In this document: one piece after another, positions 27,600 through 42,500 of the stretch
Position numbering within the stretch: the first letter of the stretch is position 1
How the letters are laid out: every line of letters begins with the position of its first letter
Source: Auanema rhodensis
Taxonomy: Eukaryota > Animalia > Nematoda
Direction of reading: 5' to 3'
Assembly: GCA_964057225.1 (NCBI GenBank)
Contig: OZ059900.1
Span: 2,852,001-2,916,000 of the forward strand
DNA length: 64,000 nucleotides
Translations under genes and position numbers: made by a program
The notes under the pieces: generated by a model
Databases searched by the model: none
Seen by the model: only the letters and a program-made list of their open reading frames with translations
Told to the model about the DNA's origin: nothing

Positions 27600-30500
27600 T
27601 ATGCCTTTAACACCATATACTCAACGATTTTTGGTACAAAATCTGTAATACTCGTAAATTTTGATCATATTCGTTAAGATTTGAGAATCAAACATACAAT
27701 ACACAAAATCAGTCTATTTTTATGAGCTTGCACTGATATATATTCATTTTGATCAAAAAGGGTCGAAAATAGAAAGAATTTTTGAAATTTCCGAGTTTTG
27801 AGTCTAATTTGGCTAAATCGCTCATATACATGATCAGAAGCATAGTTTTATTGTCTATGACAACAAAAGTCATCAATTAAACGCTAGTGATGTTTAAATA
27901 CTGAATTTCGCTCAAATAGCATTACTACACTAAGTATGGTCGTTTTTATGCCTTTAACACCATATACTCACCGATTTTTGGTACAAAATCTGTAATACTC
28001 GTAAATTTTGATCATATTCGTTAAGATTTGAGAATCAAACATACAATACACAAAATCAGTCTATTTTTATGAGCTTGCACTGATATATATTCATTTTGAT
28101 CAAAAAAGGTCGAAAATAGAAAGAATTTTTGAAATTTCCGAGTTTTGAGTCTAATTTGGCTAAATCGCTCATATACATGATCAGAAGCATAGTTTTATTG
28201 TCTATGACAACAAAAGTCATCAATTAAACGCTAGTGATGTTTAAATACTGATTTTCGCTCAAATAGCATTACTACACTAAGTATGGTCGTTTTTATGCCT
28301 TTAACACCATATACTCACCGATTTTTGGTACAAAATCTGTAATACTTGTAAATTTTGATCATATTCGTAAAGATTCGAGAATCAAACACATAATACACGA
28401 AATAAGTCTAGTTTTATGAGTTTGCACTGATATTTATTCATTTTGATCAAAAAAGGTCGAAAATAGAAAGAATTTTTGAATTTTCCGAGTTTTGAGTCCA
28501 ATTGGGCTAAATCGCTCATATATATGATCAAAAGCATAGTTTTACTGTCTATGATAACAAAAGTCTTCAAATATACACTAATAATGTGTAAATCACTGAA
28601 TTTCACTCAAATAGCATTACTACACTAAGTATGGTCGTTTTTATGCCTTTAACACCATATACTCACCGATTTTTGGTACAAAATCTGTAATACTTGTAAA
28701 TTTTGATCATATTCGTTAAGATTCGAGAATCAAACACATAATACACGTAATAAGTCTATTTTTATGAGTTTGCACTGATATTTATTCATTTTGATCAAAA
28801 AAGGTCGAAAATAGAAAGAATTTTTGAAATTTCCGAGTTTTGAGTCTAATTTGGCTAAATCGCTCATATATATGATCAGAAGCATAGTTTTATTGTCTAT
28901 GACAACAAAAATCATCAATTAAACGCTAGTGATGTTTAAATACTGATTTTCGCTCAAATAGGATTACTACACTAAGTATGGTCGTTTTTATGCCTTTAAC
29001 ACCATATACTCACCGATTTTTGGTACAAAATCTGTAATACTCGTAAATTTTGATCATATTCGTTAAGATTTGAGAATCAAACATACAATACACAAAATCA
29101 GTCTATTTTTATGAGCTTGCACTGATATATATTCATTTTGATCAAAAAAGGTCGAAAATAGAAAGAATTTTTGAAATTTCCGAGTTTTGAGTCTAATTTG
29201 GCTAAATCGCTCATATATATGATCAAAAGCATAGTTTTACTGTCTATGATAACAAGAGTCTTCAAATATACACTAATAATGATTAAATCACTGAATTTCA
29301 CTCAAATAGCATTACTACACTAAGTATGGTCGTTTTTATGCCTTTAACACCATATACTCACCGATTTTTGGTACAAAATCTGTAATACTTGTAAATTTTG
29401 ATCATATTTGTTAAGATTCGAGAATCAAACACATAATACACGAAATAAGTCTATTTTTACAAGTTTGCACTGATATTTATTCATTTTGATCAAAAAAGGT
29501 CGAAAATAGAAAGAATTTTTGAAATTTCCGAGTTTTGAGTCCAATTTGGCTAAATCGCTCATATATAAGATCAAAAGCATAGTTTTATTGTCTATAACAA
29601 CAAAAGTCATCAATTAAACGCTTGTGATGTTTAAATACTGAATTTCGCTCAAATAGCATTACTACACTAAGTATGGTCGTTTTTATGCCTTTAACACCAT
29701 ATACTCACCGATTTTTGGTACAAAATCTGTAATACTCGTAAATTTTGATCATATTCGTTAAGATTTGAGAATCAAACATACAATACACAAAATCAGTCTA
29801 TTTTTATGAGCTTGCACTGATATATATTCATTTTGATCAAAAAAGGTCGAAAATAGAAAGAATTTTTGAAATTTCCGAGTTTTGAGTCTAATTTGGCTAA
29901 ATCGCTCATATATATGATCAGAAGCATAGTTTTATTGTCTATGACAACAAAAGTCATCAATTAAACGCTAGTGATGTTTAAATACTGATTTTCGCTCAAA
30001 TAGCATTACTACACTAAGTATGGTCGTTTTTATGCCTTTAACACCATATACTCACCGATTTTTGGTACAAAATCTGTAATACTCGTAAATTTTGATCATA
30101 TTCGTTAAGATTTGAGAATCAAACATACAATACACAAAATCAGTCTATTTTTATGAGCTTGCACTGATATATATTCATTTTGATCAAAAAAGGTCGAAAA
30201 TAGAAAGAATTTTTGAAATTTCCGAGTTTTGAGTCTAATTTGGCTAAATCGCTCATATACATGATCAGAAGCATAGTTTTACTGTCTATGATAACAAAAG
30301 TCTTCAAATATACACTAATAATGATTAAATCACTGAATTTCACTCAAATAGCATTACTACACTAAGTATGGTCGTTTTTATGCCTTTAACACCATATACT
30401 CACCGATTTTTGGTACAAAATCTGTAATACTTGTAAATTTTGATCATATTTGTTAAGATTCGAGAATCAAACACATAATACACGAAATAAGTCTATTTTT

Positions 30501-33500
30501 ACAAGTTTGCACTGATATATATTCATTTTGATCAAAAAAGGTCGAAAATAGAAAGAATTTTTGAAATTTCCGAGTTTTGAGTCTAATTTGGCTAAATCGC
30601 TCATATACATGATCAGAAGCATAGTTTTACTGTCTATGATAACAAAAGTCTTCAAATATACACTAATAATGATTAAATCACTGAATTTCACTCAAATAGC
30701 ATTACTACACTAAGTATGGTCGTTTTTATGCCTTTAACACCATATACTCACCGATTTTTGGTACAAAATCTGTAATACTTGTAAATTTTGATCATATTTG
30801 TTAAGATTCGAGAATCAAACACATAATACACGAAATAAGTCTATTTTTACAAGTTTGCACTGATATATATTCATTTTGATCAAAAAAGGTCGAAAATAGA
30901 AAGAATTTTTGAAATTTCCGAGTTTTGAGTCTAATTTGGCTAAATCGCTCATATATATGATCAAAAGCATAGTTTTACTGTCTATGATAACAAGAGTCTT
31001 CAAATATACACTAATAATGATTAAATCACTGAATTTCACTCAAATAGCATTACTACACTAAGTATGGTCGTTTTTATGCCTTTAACACCATATACTCACC
31101 GATTTTTGGTACAAAATCTGTAATACTTGTAAATTTTGATCATATTTGTTAAGATTCGAGAATCAAACACATAATACACGAAATAAGTCTATTTTTACAA
31201 GTTTGCACTGATATTTATTCATTTTGATCAAAAAAGGTCGAAAATAGAAAGAATTTTTGAAATTTCCGAGTTTTGAGTCCAATTTGGCTAAATCGCTCAT
31301 ATATAAGATCAAAAGCATAGTTTTATTGTCTATAACAACAAAAGTCATCAATTAAACGCTTGTGATGTTTAAATACTGAATTTCGCTCAAATAGCATTAC
31401 TACACTAAGTATGGTCGTTTTTATGCCTTTAACACCATATACTCACCGATTTTTGGTACAAAATCTGTAATACTCGTAAATTTTGATCATATTCGTTAAG
31501 ATTTGAGAATCAAACATACAATACACAAAATCAGTCTATTTTTATGAGCTTGCACTGATATATATTCATTTTGATCAAAAAAGGTCGAAAATAGAAAGAA
31601 TTTTTGAAATTTCCGAGTTTTGAGTCTAATTTGGCTAAATCGCTCATATATATGATCAGAAGCATAGTTTTATTGTCTATGACAACAAAAGTCATCAATT
31701 AAACGCTAGTGATGTTTAAATACTGATTTTCGCTCAAATAGCATTACTACACTAAGTATGGTCGTTTTTATGCCTTTAACACCATATACTCACCGATTTT
31801 TGGTACAAAATCTGTAATACTCGTAAATTTTGATCATATTCGTTAAGATTTGAGAATCAAACATACAATACACAAAATCAGTCTATTTTTATGAGCTTGC
31901 ACTGATATATATTCATTTTGATCAAAAAAGGTCGAAAATAGAAAGAATTTTTGAAATTTCCGAGTTTTGAGTCTAATTTGGCTAAATCGCTCATATACAT
32001 GATCAGAAGCATAGTTTTACTGTCTATGATAACAAAAGTCTTCAAATATACACTAATAATGATTAAATCACTGAATTTCACTCAAATAGCATTACTACAC
32101 TAAGTATGGTCGTTTTTATGCCTTTAACACCATATACTCACCGATTTTTGGTACAAAATCTGTAATACTTGTAAATTTTGATCATATTTGTTAAGATTCG
32201 AGAATCAAACACATAATACACGAAATAAGTCTATTTTTACAAGTTTGCACTGATATATATTCATTTTGATCAAAAAAGGTCGAAAATAGAAAGAATTTTT
32301 GAAATTTCCGAGTTTTGAGTCTAATTTGGCTAAATCGCTCATATACATGATCAGAAGCATAGTTTTACTGTCTATGATAACAAAAGTCTTCAAATATACA
32401 CTAATAATGATTAAATCACTGAATTTCACTCAAATAGCATTACTACACTAAGTATGGTCGTTTTTATGCCTTTAACACCATATACTCACCGATTTTTGGT
32501 ACAAAATCTGTAATACTTGTAAATTTTGATCATATTTGTTAAGATTTGAGAATCAAACATACAATACACAAAATCAGTCTATTTTTATGAGCTTGCACTG
32601 ATATATATTCATTTTGATCAAAAAAGGTCGAAAATAGAAAGAATTTTTGAAATTTCCGAGTTTTGAGTCTAATTTGGCTAAATCGCTCATATACATGATC
32701 AGAAGCATAGTTTTACTGTCTATGATAACAAAAGTCTTCAAATATACACTAATAATGATTAAATCACTGAATTTCACTCAAATAGCATTACTACACTAAG
32801 TATGGTCGTTTTTATGCCTTTAACACCATATACTCACCGATTTTTGGTACAAAATCTGTAATACTTGTAAATTTTGATCATATTCGTTAAGATGCGAGAA
32901 TCAAACACATAATACACGAAATAAGTCTAGTTTTATGAGGTTGCACTGATATTTATTCATTTTGATCAAAAAAGGTCGAAAATAGAAAGAATTTTTGAAA
33001 TTTCCGAGTTTTGAGTCTAATTTGGCTAAATCGCTCATATATATGATCAAAAGCATAGTTTTATTGTCTATGACAACAAAAGTCATCAATTAAACGCTAG
33101 TGATGTTTAAATACTGAATTTCGCTCAAATAGCATTACTACACTAAGTATGGTCGTTTTTATGCCTTTAACACCATATACTCAACGATTTTTGGTACAAA
33201 ATCTGTAATACTCGTAAATTCTGATCATATTCGTTAAGATTTGAGAATCAAACATACAATACACAAAATCAGTCTATTTTTATGAGCTTGCACTGATATA
33301 TATTCATTTTGATCAAAAAGGGTCGAAAATAGAAAGAATTTTTGAAATTTCCGAGTTTTGAGTCTAATTTGGCTAAATCGCTCATATACATGATCAGAAG
33401 CATAGTTTTATTGTCTATGACAACAAAAGTCATCAATTAAACGCTAGTGATGTTTAAATACTGAATTTCGCTCAAATAGCATTACTACACTAAGTATGGT

Positions 33501-36500
33501 CGTTTTTATGCCTTTAACACCATATACTCACCGATTTTTGGTACAAAATCTGTAATACTCGTAAATTTTGATCATATTCGTTAAGATTTGAGAATCAAAC
33601 ATACAATACACAAAATCAGTCTATTTTTATGAGCTTGCACTGATATATATTCATTTTGATCAAAAAAGGTCGAAAATAGAAAGAATTTTTGAAATTTCCG
33701 AGTTTTGAGTCTAATTTGGCTAAATCGCTCATATACATGATCAGAAGCATAGTTTTATTGTCTATGACAACAAAAGTCATCAATTAAACGCTAGTGATGT
33801 TTAAATACTGATTTTCGCTCAAATAGCATTACTACACTAAGTATGGTCGTTTTTATGCCTTTAACACCATATACTCACCGATTTTTGGTACAAAATCTGT
33901 AATACTTGTAAATTTTGATCATATTCGTTAAGATTCGAGAATCAAACACATAATACACGAAATAAGTCTAGTTTTATGAGTTTGCACTGATATTTATTCA
34001 TTTTGATCAAAAAAGGTCGAAAATAGAAAGAATTTTTGAATTTTCCGAGTTTTGAGTCCAATTGGGCTAAATCGCTCATATATATGATCAAAAGCATAGT
34101 TTTACTGTCTATGATAACAAAAGTCTTCAAATATACACTAATAATGTGTAAATCACTGAATTTCACTCAAATAGCATTACTACACTAAGTATGGTCGTTT
34201 TTATGCCTTTAACACCATATACTCACCGATTTTTGGTACAAAATCTGTAATACTTGTAAATTTTGATCATATTCGTTAAGATTCGAGAATCAAACACATA
34301 ATACACGTAATAAGTGTATTTTTATGAGTTTGCACTGATATTTATTCATTTTGATCAAAAAAGGTCGAAAATAGAAAGAATTTTTGAAATTTCCGAGTTT
34401 TGAGTCTAATTTGGCTAAATCGCTCATATATATGATCAGAAGCATAGTTTTATTGTCTATGACAACAAAAATCATCAATTAAACGCTAGTGATGTTTAAA
34501 TACTGATTTTCGCTCAAATAGGATTACTACACTAAGTATGGTCGTTTTTATGCCTTTAACACCATATACTCACCGATTTTTGGTACAAAATCTGTAATAC
34601 TCGTAAATTTTGATCATATTCGTTAAGATTTGAGAATCAAACATACAATACACAAAATCAGTCTATTTTTATAAGCTTGCACTGATATATATTCATTTTG
34701 ATCAAAAAAGGTCGAAAATAGAAAGAATTTTTGAAATTTCCGAGTTTTGAGTCTAATTTGGCTAAATCGCTCATATATATGATCAAAAGCATAGTTTTAC
34801 TGTCTATGATAACAAGAGTCTTCAAATATACACTAATAATGATTAAATCACTGAATTTCACTCAAATAGCATTACTACACTAAGTATGGTCGTTTTTATG
34901 CCTTTAACACCATATACTCACCGATTTTTGGTACAAAATCTGTAATACTTGTAAATTTTGATCATATTTGTTAAGATTCGAGAATCAAACACATAATACA
35001 CGAAATAAGTCTATTTTTACGAGTTTGCACTGATATTTATTCATTTTGATCAAAAAAGGTCGAAAATAGAAAGAATTTTTGAAATTTCCGAGTTTTGAGT
35101 CCAATTTGGCTAAATCGCTCATATATAAGATCAAAAGCATAGTTTTATTGTCTATAACAACAAAAGTCATCAATTAAACGCTTGTGATGTTTAAATACTG
35201 AATTTCGCTCAAATAGCATTACTACACTAAGTATGGTCGTTTTTATGCCTTTAACACCATATACTCACCGATTTTTGGTACAAAATCTGTAATACTCGTA
35301 AATTTTGATCATATTCGTTAAGATTTGAGAATCAAACATACAATACACAAAATCAGTCTATTTTTATGAGCTTGCACTGATATATATTCATTTTGATCAA
35401 AAAAGGTCGAAAATAGAAAGAATTTTTGAAATTTCCGAGTTTTGAGTCTAATTTGGCTAAATCGCTCATATATATGATCAGAAGCATAGTTTTATTGTCT
35501 ATGACAACAAAAGTCATCAATTAAACGCTAGTGATGTTTAAATACTGATTTTCGCTCAAATAGCATTACTACACTAAGTATGGTCGTTTTTATGCCTTTA
35601 ACACCATATACTCACCGATTTTTGGTACAAAATCTGTAATACTCGTAAATTTTGATCATATTCGTTAAGATTTGAGAATCAAACATACAATACACAAAAT
35701 CAGTCTATTTTTATGAGCTTGCACTGATATATATTCATTTTGATCAAAAAAGGTCGAAAATAGAAAGAATTTTTGAAATTTCCGAGTTTTGAGTCTAATT
35801 TGGCTAAATCGCTCATATACATGATCAGAAGCATAGTTTTACTGTCTATGATAACAAAAGTCTTCAAATATACACTAATAATGATTAAATCACTGAATTT
35901 CACTCAAATAGCATTACTACACTAAGTATGGTCGTTTTTATGCCTTTAACACCATATACTCACCGATTTTTGGTACAAAATCTGTAATACTTGTAAATTT
36001 TGATCATATTTGTTAAGATTCGAGAATCAAACACATAATACACGAAATAAGTCTATTTTTACGAGTTTGCACTGATATTTATTCATTTTGATCAAAAAAG
36101 GTCGAAAATAGAAAGAATTTTTGAAATTTCCGAGTTTTGAGTCCAATTTGGCTAAATCGCTCATATATAAGATCAAAAGCATAGTTTTATTGTCTATAAC
36201 AACAAAAGTCATCAATTAAACGCTTGTGATGTTTAAATACTGAATTTCGCTCAAATAGCATTACTACACTAAGTATGGTCGTTTTTATGCCTTTAACACC
36301 ATATACTCACCGATTTTTGGTACAAAATCTGTAATACTCGTAAATTTTGATCATATTCGTTAAGATTTGAGAATCAAACATACAATACACAAAATCAGTC
36401 TATTTTTATGAGCTTGCACTGATATATATTCATTTTGATCAAAAAAGGTCGAAAATAGAAAGAATTTTTGAAATTTCCGAGTTTTGAGTCTAATTTGGCT

Positions 36501-39500
36501 AAATCGCTCATATATATGATCAGAAGCATAGTTTTATTGTCTATGACAACAAAAGTCATCAATTAAACGCTAGTGATGTTTAAATACTGATTTTCGCTCA
36601 AATAGCATTACTACACTAAGTATGGTCGTTTTTATGCCTTTAACACCATATACTCACCGATTTTTGGTACAAAATCTGTAATACTCGTAAATTTTGATCA
36701 TATTCGTTAAGATTTGAGAATCAAACATACAATACACAAAATCAGTCTATTTTTATGAGCTTGCACTGATATATATTCATTTTGATCAAAAAAGGTCGAA
36801 AATAGAAAGAATTTTTGAAATTTCCGAGTTTTGAGTCTAATTTGGCTAAATCGCTCATATACATGATCAGAAGCATAGTTTTACTGTCTATGATAACAAA
36901 AGTCTTCAAATATACACTAATAATGATTAAATCACTGAATTTCACTCAAATAGCATTACTACACTAAGTATGGTCGTTTTTATGCCTTTAACACCATATA
37001 CTCACCGATTTTTGGTACAAAATCTGTAATACTTGTAAATTTTGATCATATTTGTTAAGATTCGAGAATCAAACACATAATACACGAAATAAGTCTATTT
37101 TTACAAGTTTGCACTGATATATATTCATTTTGATCAAAAAAGGTCGAAAATAGAAAGAATTTTTGAAATTTCCGAGTTTTGAGTCTAATTTGGCTAAATC
37201 GCTCATATACATGATCAGAAGCATAGTTTTACTGTCTATGATAACAAAAGTCTTCAAATATACACTAATAATGATTAAATCACTGAATTTCACTCAAATA
37301 GCATTACTACACTAAGTATGGTCGTTTTTATGCCTTTAACACCATATACTCACCGATTTTTGGTACAAAATCTGTAATACTTGTAAATTTTGATCATATT
37401 TGTTAAGATTCGAGAATCAAACACATAATACACGAAATAAGTCTATTTTTACAAGTTTGCACTGATATATATTCATTTTGATCAAAAAAGGTCGAAAATA
37501 GAAAGAATTTTTGAAATTTCCGAGTTTTGAGTCTAATTTGGCTAAATCGCTCATATATATGATCAAAAGCATAGTTTTACTGTCTATGATAACAAGAGTC
37601 TTCAAATATACACTAATAATGATTAAATCACTGAATTTCACTCAAATAGCATTACTACACTAAGTATGGTCGTTTTTATGCCTTTAACACCATATACTCA
37701 CCGATTTTTGGTACAAAATCTGTAATACTTGTAAATTTTGATCATATTTGTTAAGATTCGAGAATCAAACACATAATACACGAAATAAGTCTATTTTTAC
37801 AAGTTTGCACTGATATTTATTCATTTTGATCAAAAAAGGTCGAAAATAGAAAGAATTTTTGAAATTTCCGAGTTTTGAGTCCAATTTGGCTAAATCGCTC
37901 ATATATAAGATCAAAAGCATAGTTTTATTGTCTATAACAACAAAAGTCATCAATTAAACGCTTGTGATGTTTAAATACTGAATTTCGCTCAAATAGCATT
38001 ACTACACTAAGTATGGTCGTTTTTATGCCTTTAACACCATATACTCACCGATTTTTGGTACAAAATCTGTAATACTCGTAAATTTTGATCATATTCGTTA
38101 AGATTTGAGAATCAAACATACAATACACAAAATCAGTCTATTTTTATGAGCTTGCACTGATATATATTCATTTTGATCAAAAAAGGTCGAAAATAGAAAG
38201 AATTTTTGAAATTTCCGAGTTTTGAGTCTAATTTGGCTAAATCGCTCATATATATGATCAGAAGCATAGTTTTATTGTCTATGACAACAAAAGTCATCAA
38301 TTAAACGCTAGTGATGTTTAAATACTGATTTTCGCTCAAATAGCATTACTACACTAAGTATGGTCGTTTTTATGCCTTTAACACCATATACTCACCGATT
38401 TTTGGTACAAAATCTGTAATACTCGTAAATTTTGATCATATTCGTTAAGATTTGAGAATCAAACATACAATACACAAAATCAGTCTATTTTTATGAGCTT
38501 GCACTGATATATATTCATTTTGATCAAAAAAGGTCGAAAATAGAAAGAATTTTTGAAATTTCCGAGTTTTGAGTCTAATTTGGCTAAATCGCTCATATAC
38601 ATGATCAGAAGCATAGTTTTACTGTCTATGATAACAAAAGTCTTCAAATATACACTAATAATGATTAAATCACTGAATTTCACTCAAATAGCATTACTAC
38701 ACTAAGTATGGTCGTTTTTATGCCTTTAACACCATATACTCACCGATTTTTGGTACAAAATCTGTAATACTTGTAAATTTTGATCATATTTGTTAAGATT
38801 CGAGAATCAAACACATAATACACGAAATAAGTCTATTTTTACAAGTTTGCACTGATATATATTCATTTTGATCAAAAAAGGTCGAAAATAGAAAGAATTT
38901 TTGAAATTTCCGAGTTTTGAGTCTAATTTGGCTAAATCGCTCATATACATGATCAGAAGCATAGTTTTACTGTCTATGATAACAAAAGTCTTCAAATATA
39001 CACTAATAATGATTAAATCACTGAATTTCACTCAAATAGCATTACTACACTAAGTATGGTCGTTTTTATGCCTTTAACACCATATACTCACCGATTTTTG
39101 GTACAAAATCTGTAATACTTGTAAATTTTGATCATATTTGTTAAGATTTGAGAATCAAACATACAATACACAAAATCAGTCTATTTTTATGAGCTTGCAC
39201 TGATATATATTCATTTTGATCAAAAAAGGTCGAAAATAGAAAGAATTTTTGAAATTTCCGAGTTTTGAGTCTAATTTGGCTAAATCGCTCATATACATGA
39301 TCAGAAGCATAGTTTTACTGTCTATGATAACAAAAGTCTTCAAATATACACTAATAATGATTAAATCACTGAATTTCACTCAAATAGCATTACTACACTA
39401 AGTATGGTCGTTTTTATGCCTTTAACACCATATACTCACCGATTTTTGGTACAAAATCTGTAATACTTGTAAATTTTGATCATATTCGTTAAGATGCGAG

Positions 39501-42500
39501 AATCAAACACATAATACACGAAATAAGTCTAGTTTTATGAGGTTGCACTGATATTTATTCATTTTGATCAAAAAAGGTCGAAAATAGAAAGAATTTTTGA
39601 AATTTCCGAGTTTTGAGTCTAATTTGGCTAAATCGCTCATATATATGATCAAAAGCATAGTTTTATTGTCTATGACAACAAAAGTCATCAATTAAACGCT
39701 AGTGATGTTTAAATACTGAATTTCGCTCAAATAGCATTACTACACTAAGTATGGTCGTTTTTATGCCTTTAACACCATATACTCAACGATTTTTGGTACA
39801 AAATCTGTAATACTCGTAAATTCTGATCATATTCGTTAAGATTTGAGAATCAAACATACAATACACAAAATCAGTCTATTTTTATGAGCTTGCACTGATA
39901 TATATTCATTTTGATCAAAAAGGGTCGAAAATAGAAAGAATTTTTGAAATTTCCGAGTTTTGAGTCTAATTTGGCTAAATCGCTCATATACATGATCAGA
40001 AGCATAGTTTTATTGTCTATGACAACAAAAGTCATCAATTAAACGCTAGTGATGTTTAAATACTGAATTTCGCTCAAATAGCATTACTACACTAAGTATG
40101 GTCGTTTTTATGCCTTTAACACCATATACTCACCGATTTTTGGTACAAAATCTGTAATACTCGTAAATTTTGATCATATTCGTTAAGATTTGAGAATCAA
40201 ACATACAATACACAAAATCAGTCTATTTTTATGAGCTTGCACTGATATATATTCATTTTGATCAAAAAAGGTCGAAAATAGAAAGAATTTTTGAAATTTC
40301 CGAGTTTTGAGTCTAATTTGGCTAAATCGCTCATATACATGATCAGAAGCATAGTTTTATTGTCTATGACAACAAAAGTCATCAATTAAACGCTAGTGAT
40401 GTTTAAATACTGATTTTCGCTCAAATAGCATTACTACACTAAGTATGGTCGTTTTTATGCCTTTAACACCATATACTCACCGATTTTTGGTACAAAATCT
40501 GTAATACTTGTAAATTTTGATCATATTCGTTAAGATTCGAGAATCAAACACATAATACACGAAATAAGTCTAGTTTTATGAGTTTGCACTGATATTTATT
40601 CATTTTGATCAAAAAAGGTCGAAAATAGAAAGAATTTTTGAATTTTCCGAGTTTTGAGTCCAATTGGGCTAAATCGCTCATATATATGATCAAAAGCATA
40701 GTTTTACTGTCTATGATAACAAAAGTCTTCAAATATACACTAATAATGTGTAAATCACTGAATTTCACTCAAATAGCATTACTACACTAAGTATGGTCGT
40801 TTTTATGCCTTTAACACCATATACTCACCGATTTTTGGTACAAAATCTGTAATACTTGTAAATTTTGATCATATTCGTTAAGATTCGAGAATCAAACACA
40901 TAATACACGTAATAAGTGTATTTTTATGAGTTTGCACTGATATTTATTCATTTTGATCAAAAAAGGTCGAAAATAGAAAGAATTTTTGAAATTTCCGAGT
41001 TTTGAGTCTAATTTGGCTAAATCGCTCATATATATGATCAGAAGCATAGTTTTATTGTCTATGACAACAAAAATCATCAATTAAACGCTAGTGATGTTTA
41101 AATACTGATTTTCGCTCAAATAGGATTACTACACTAAGTATGGTCGTTTTTATGCCTTTAACACCATATACTCACCGATTTTTGGTACAAAATCTGTAAT
41201 ACTCGTAAATTTTGATCATATTCGTTAAGATTTGAGAATCAAACATACAATACACAAAATCAGTCTATTTTTATAAGCTTGCACTGATATATATTCATTT
41301 TGATCAAAAAAGGTCGAAAATAGAAAGAATTTTTGAAATTTCCGAGTTTTGAGTCTAATTTGGCTAAATCGCTCATATATATGATCAAAAGCATAGTTTT
41401 ACTGTCTATGATAACAAGAGTCTTCAAATATACACTAATAATGATTAAATCACTGAATTTCACTCAAATAGCATTACTACACTAAGTATGGTCGTTTTTA
41501 TGCCTTTAACACCATATACTCACCGATTTTTGGTACAAAATCTGTAATACTTGTAAATTTTGATCATATTTGTTAAGATTCGAGAATCAAACACATAATA
41601 CACGAAATAAGTCTATTTTTACGAGTTTGCACTGATATTTATTCATTTTGATCAAAAAAGGTCGAAAATAGAAAGAATTTTTGAAATTTCCGAGTTTTGA
41701 GTCCAATTTGGCTAAATCGCTCATATATAAGATCAAAAGCATAGTTTTATTGTCTATAACAACAAAAGTCATCAATTAAACGCTTGTGATGTTTAAATAC
41801 TGAATTTCGCTCAAATAGCATTACTACACTAAGTATGGTCGTTTTTATGCCTTTAACACCATATACTCACCGATTTTTGGTACAAAATCTGTAATACTCG
41901 TAAATTTTGATCATATTCGTTAAGATTTGAGAATCAAACATACAATACACAAAATCAGTCTATTTTTATGAGCTTGCACTGATATATATTCATTTTGATC
42001 AAAAAAGGTCGAAAATAGAAAGAATTTTTGAAATTTCCGAGTTTTGAGTCTAATTTGGCTAAATCGCTCATATATATGATCAGAAGCATAGTTTTATTGT
42101 CTATGACAACAAAAGTCATCAATTAAACGCTAGTGATGTTTAAATACTGATTTTCGCTCAAATAGCATTACTACACTAAGTATGGTCGTTTTTATGCCTT
42201 TAACACCATATACTCACCGATTTTTGGTACAAAATCTGTAATACTCGTAAATTTTGATCATATTCGTTAAGATTTGAGAATCAAACATACAATACACAAA
42301 ATCAGTCTATTTTTATGAGCTTGCACTGATATATATTCATTTTGATCAAAAAAGGTCGAAAATAGAAAGAATTTTTGAAATTTCCGAGTTTTGAGTCTAA
42401 TTTGGCTAAATCGCTCATATACATGATCAGAAGCATAGTTTTACTGTCTATGATAACAAAAGTCTTCAAATATACACTAATAATGATTAAATCACTGAAT

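Larger units (their letters stand above)
1..27600. repeat. HOR domain A: 9-mer (3130 bp) family with 6-, 11- and 17-mer derivatives
   Basis: A marker monomer (aaaaatcattagtt, acactgagt; the 61-aa 'MIFVV' ORF) sits at 910, 7167, 9253, 13079, 15165, 18295 and 21425. Spacings are 6257, 2086, 3826, 2086, 3130 and 3130 bp = 18, 6, 11, 6, 9 and 9 monomers. Confidence 0.88.
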
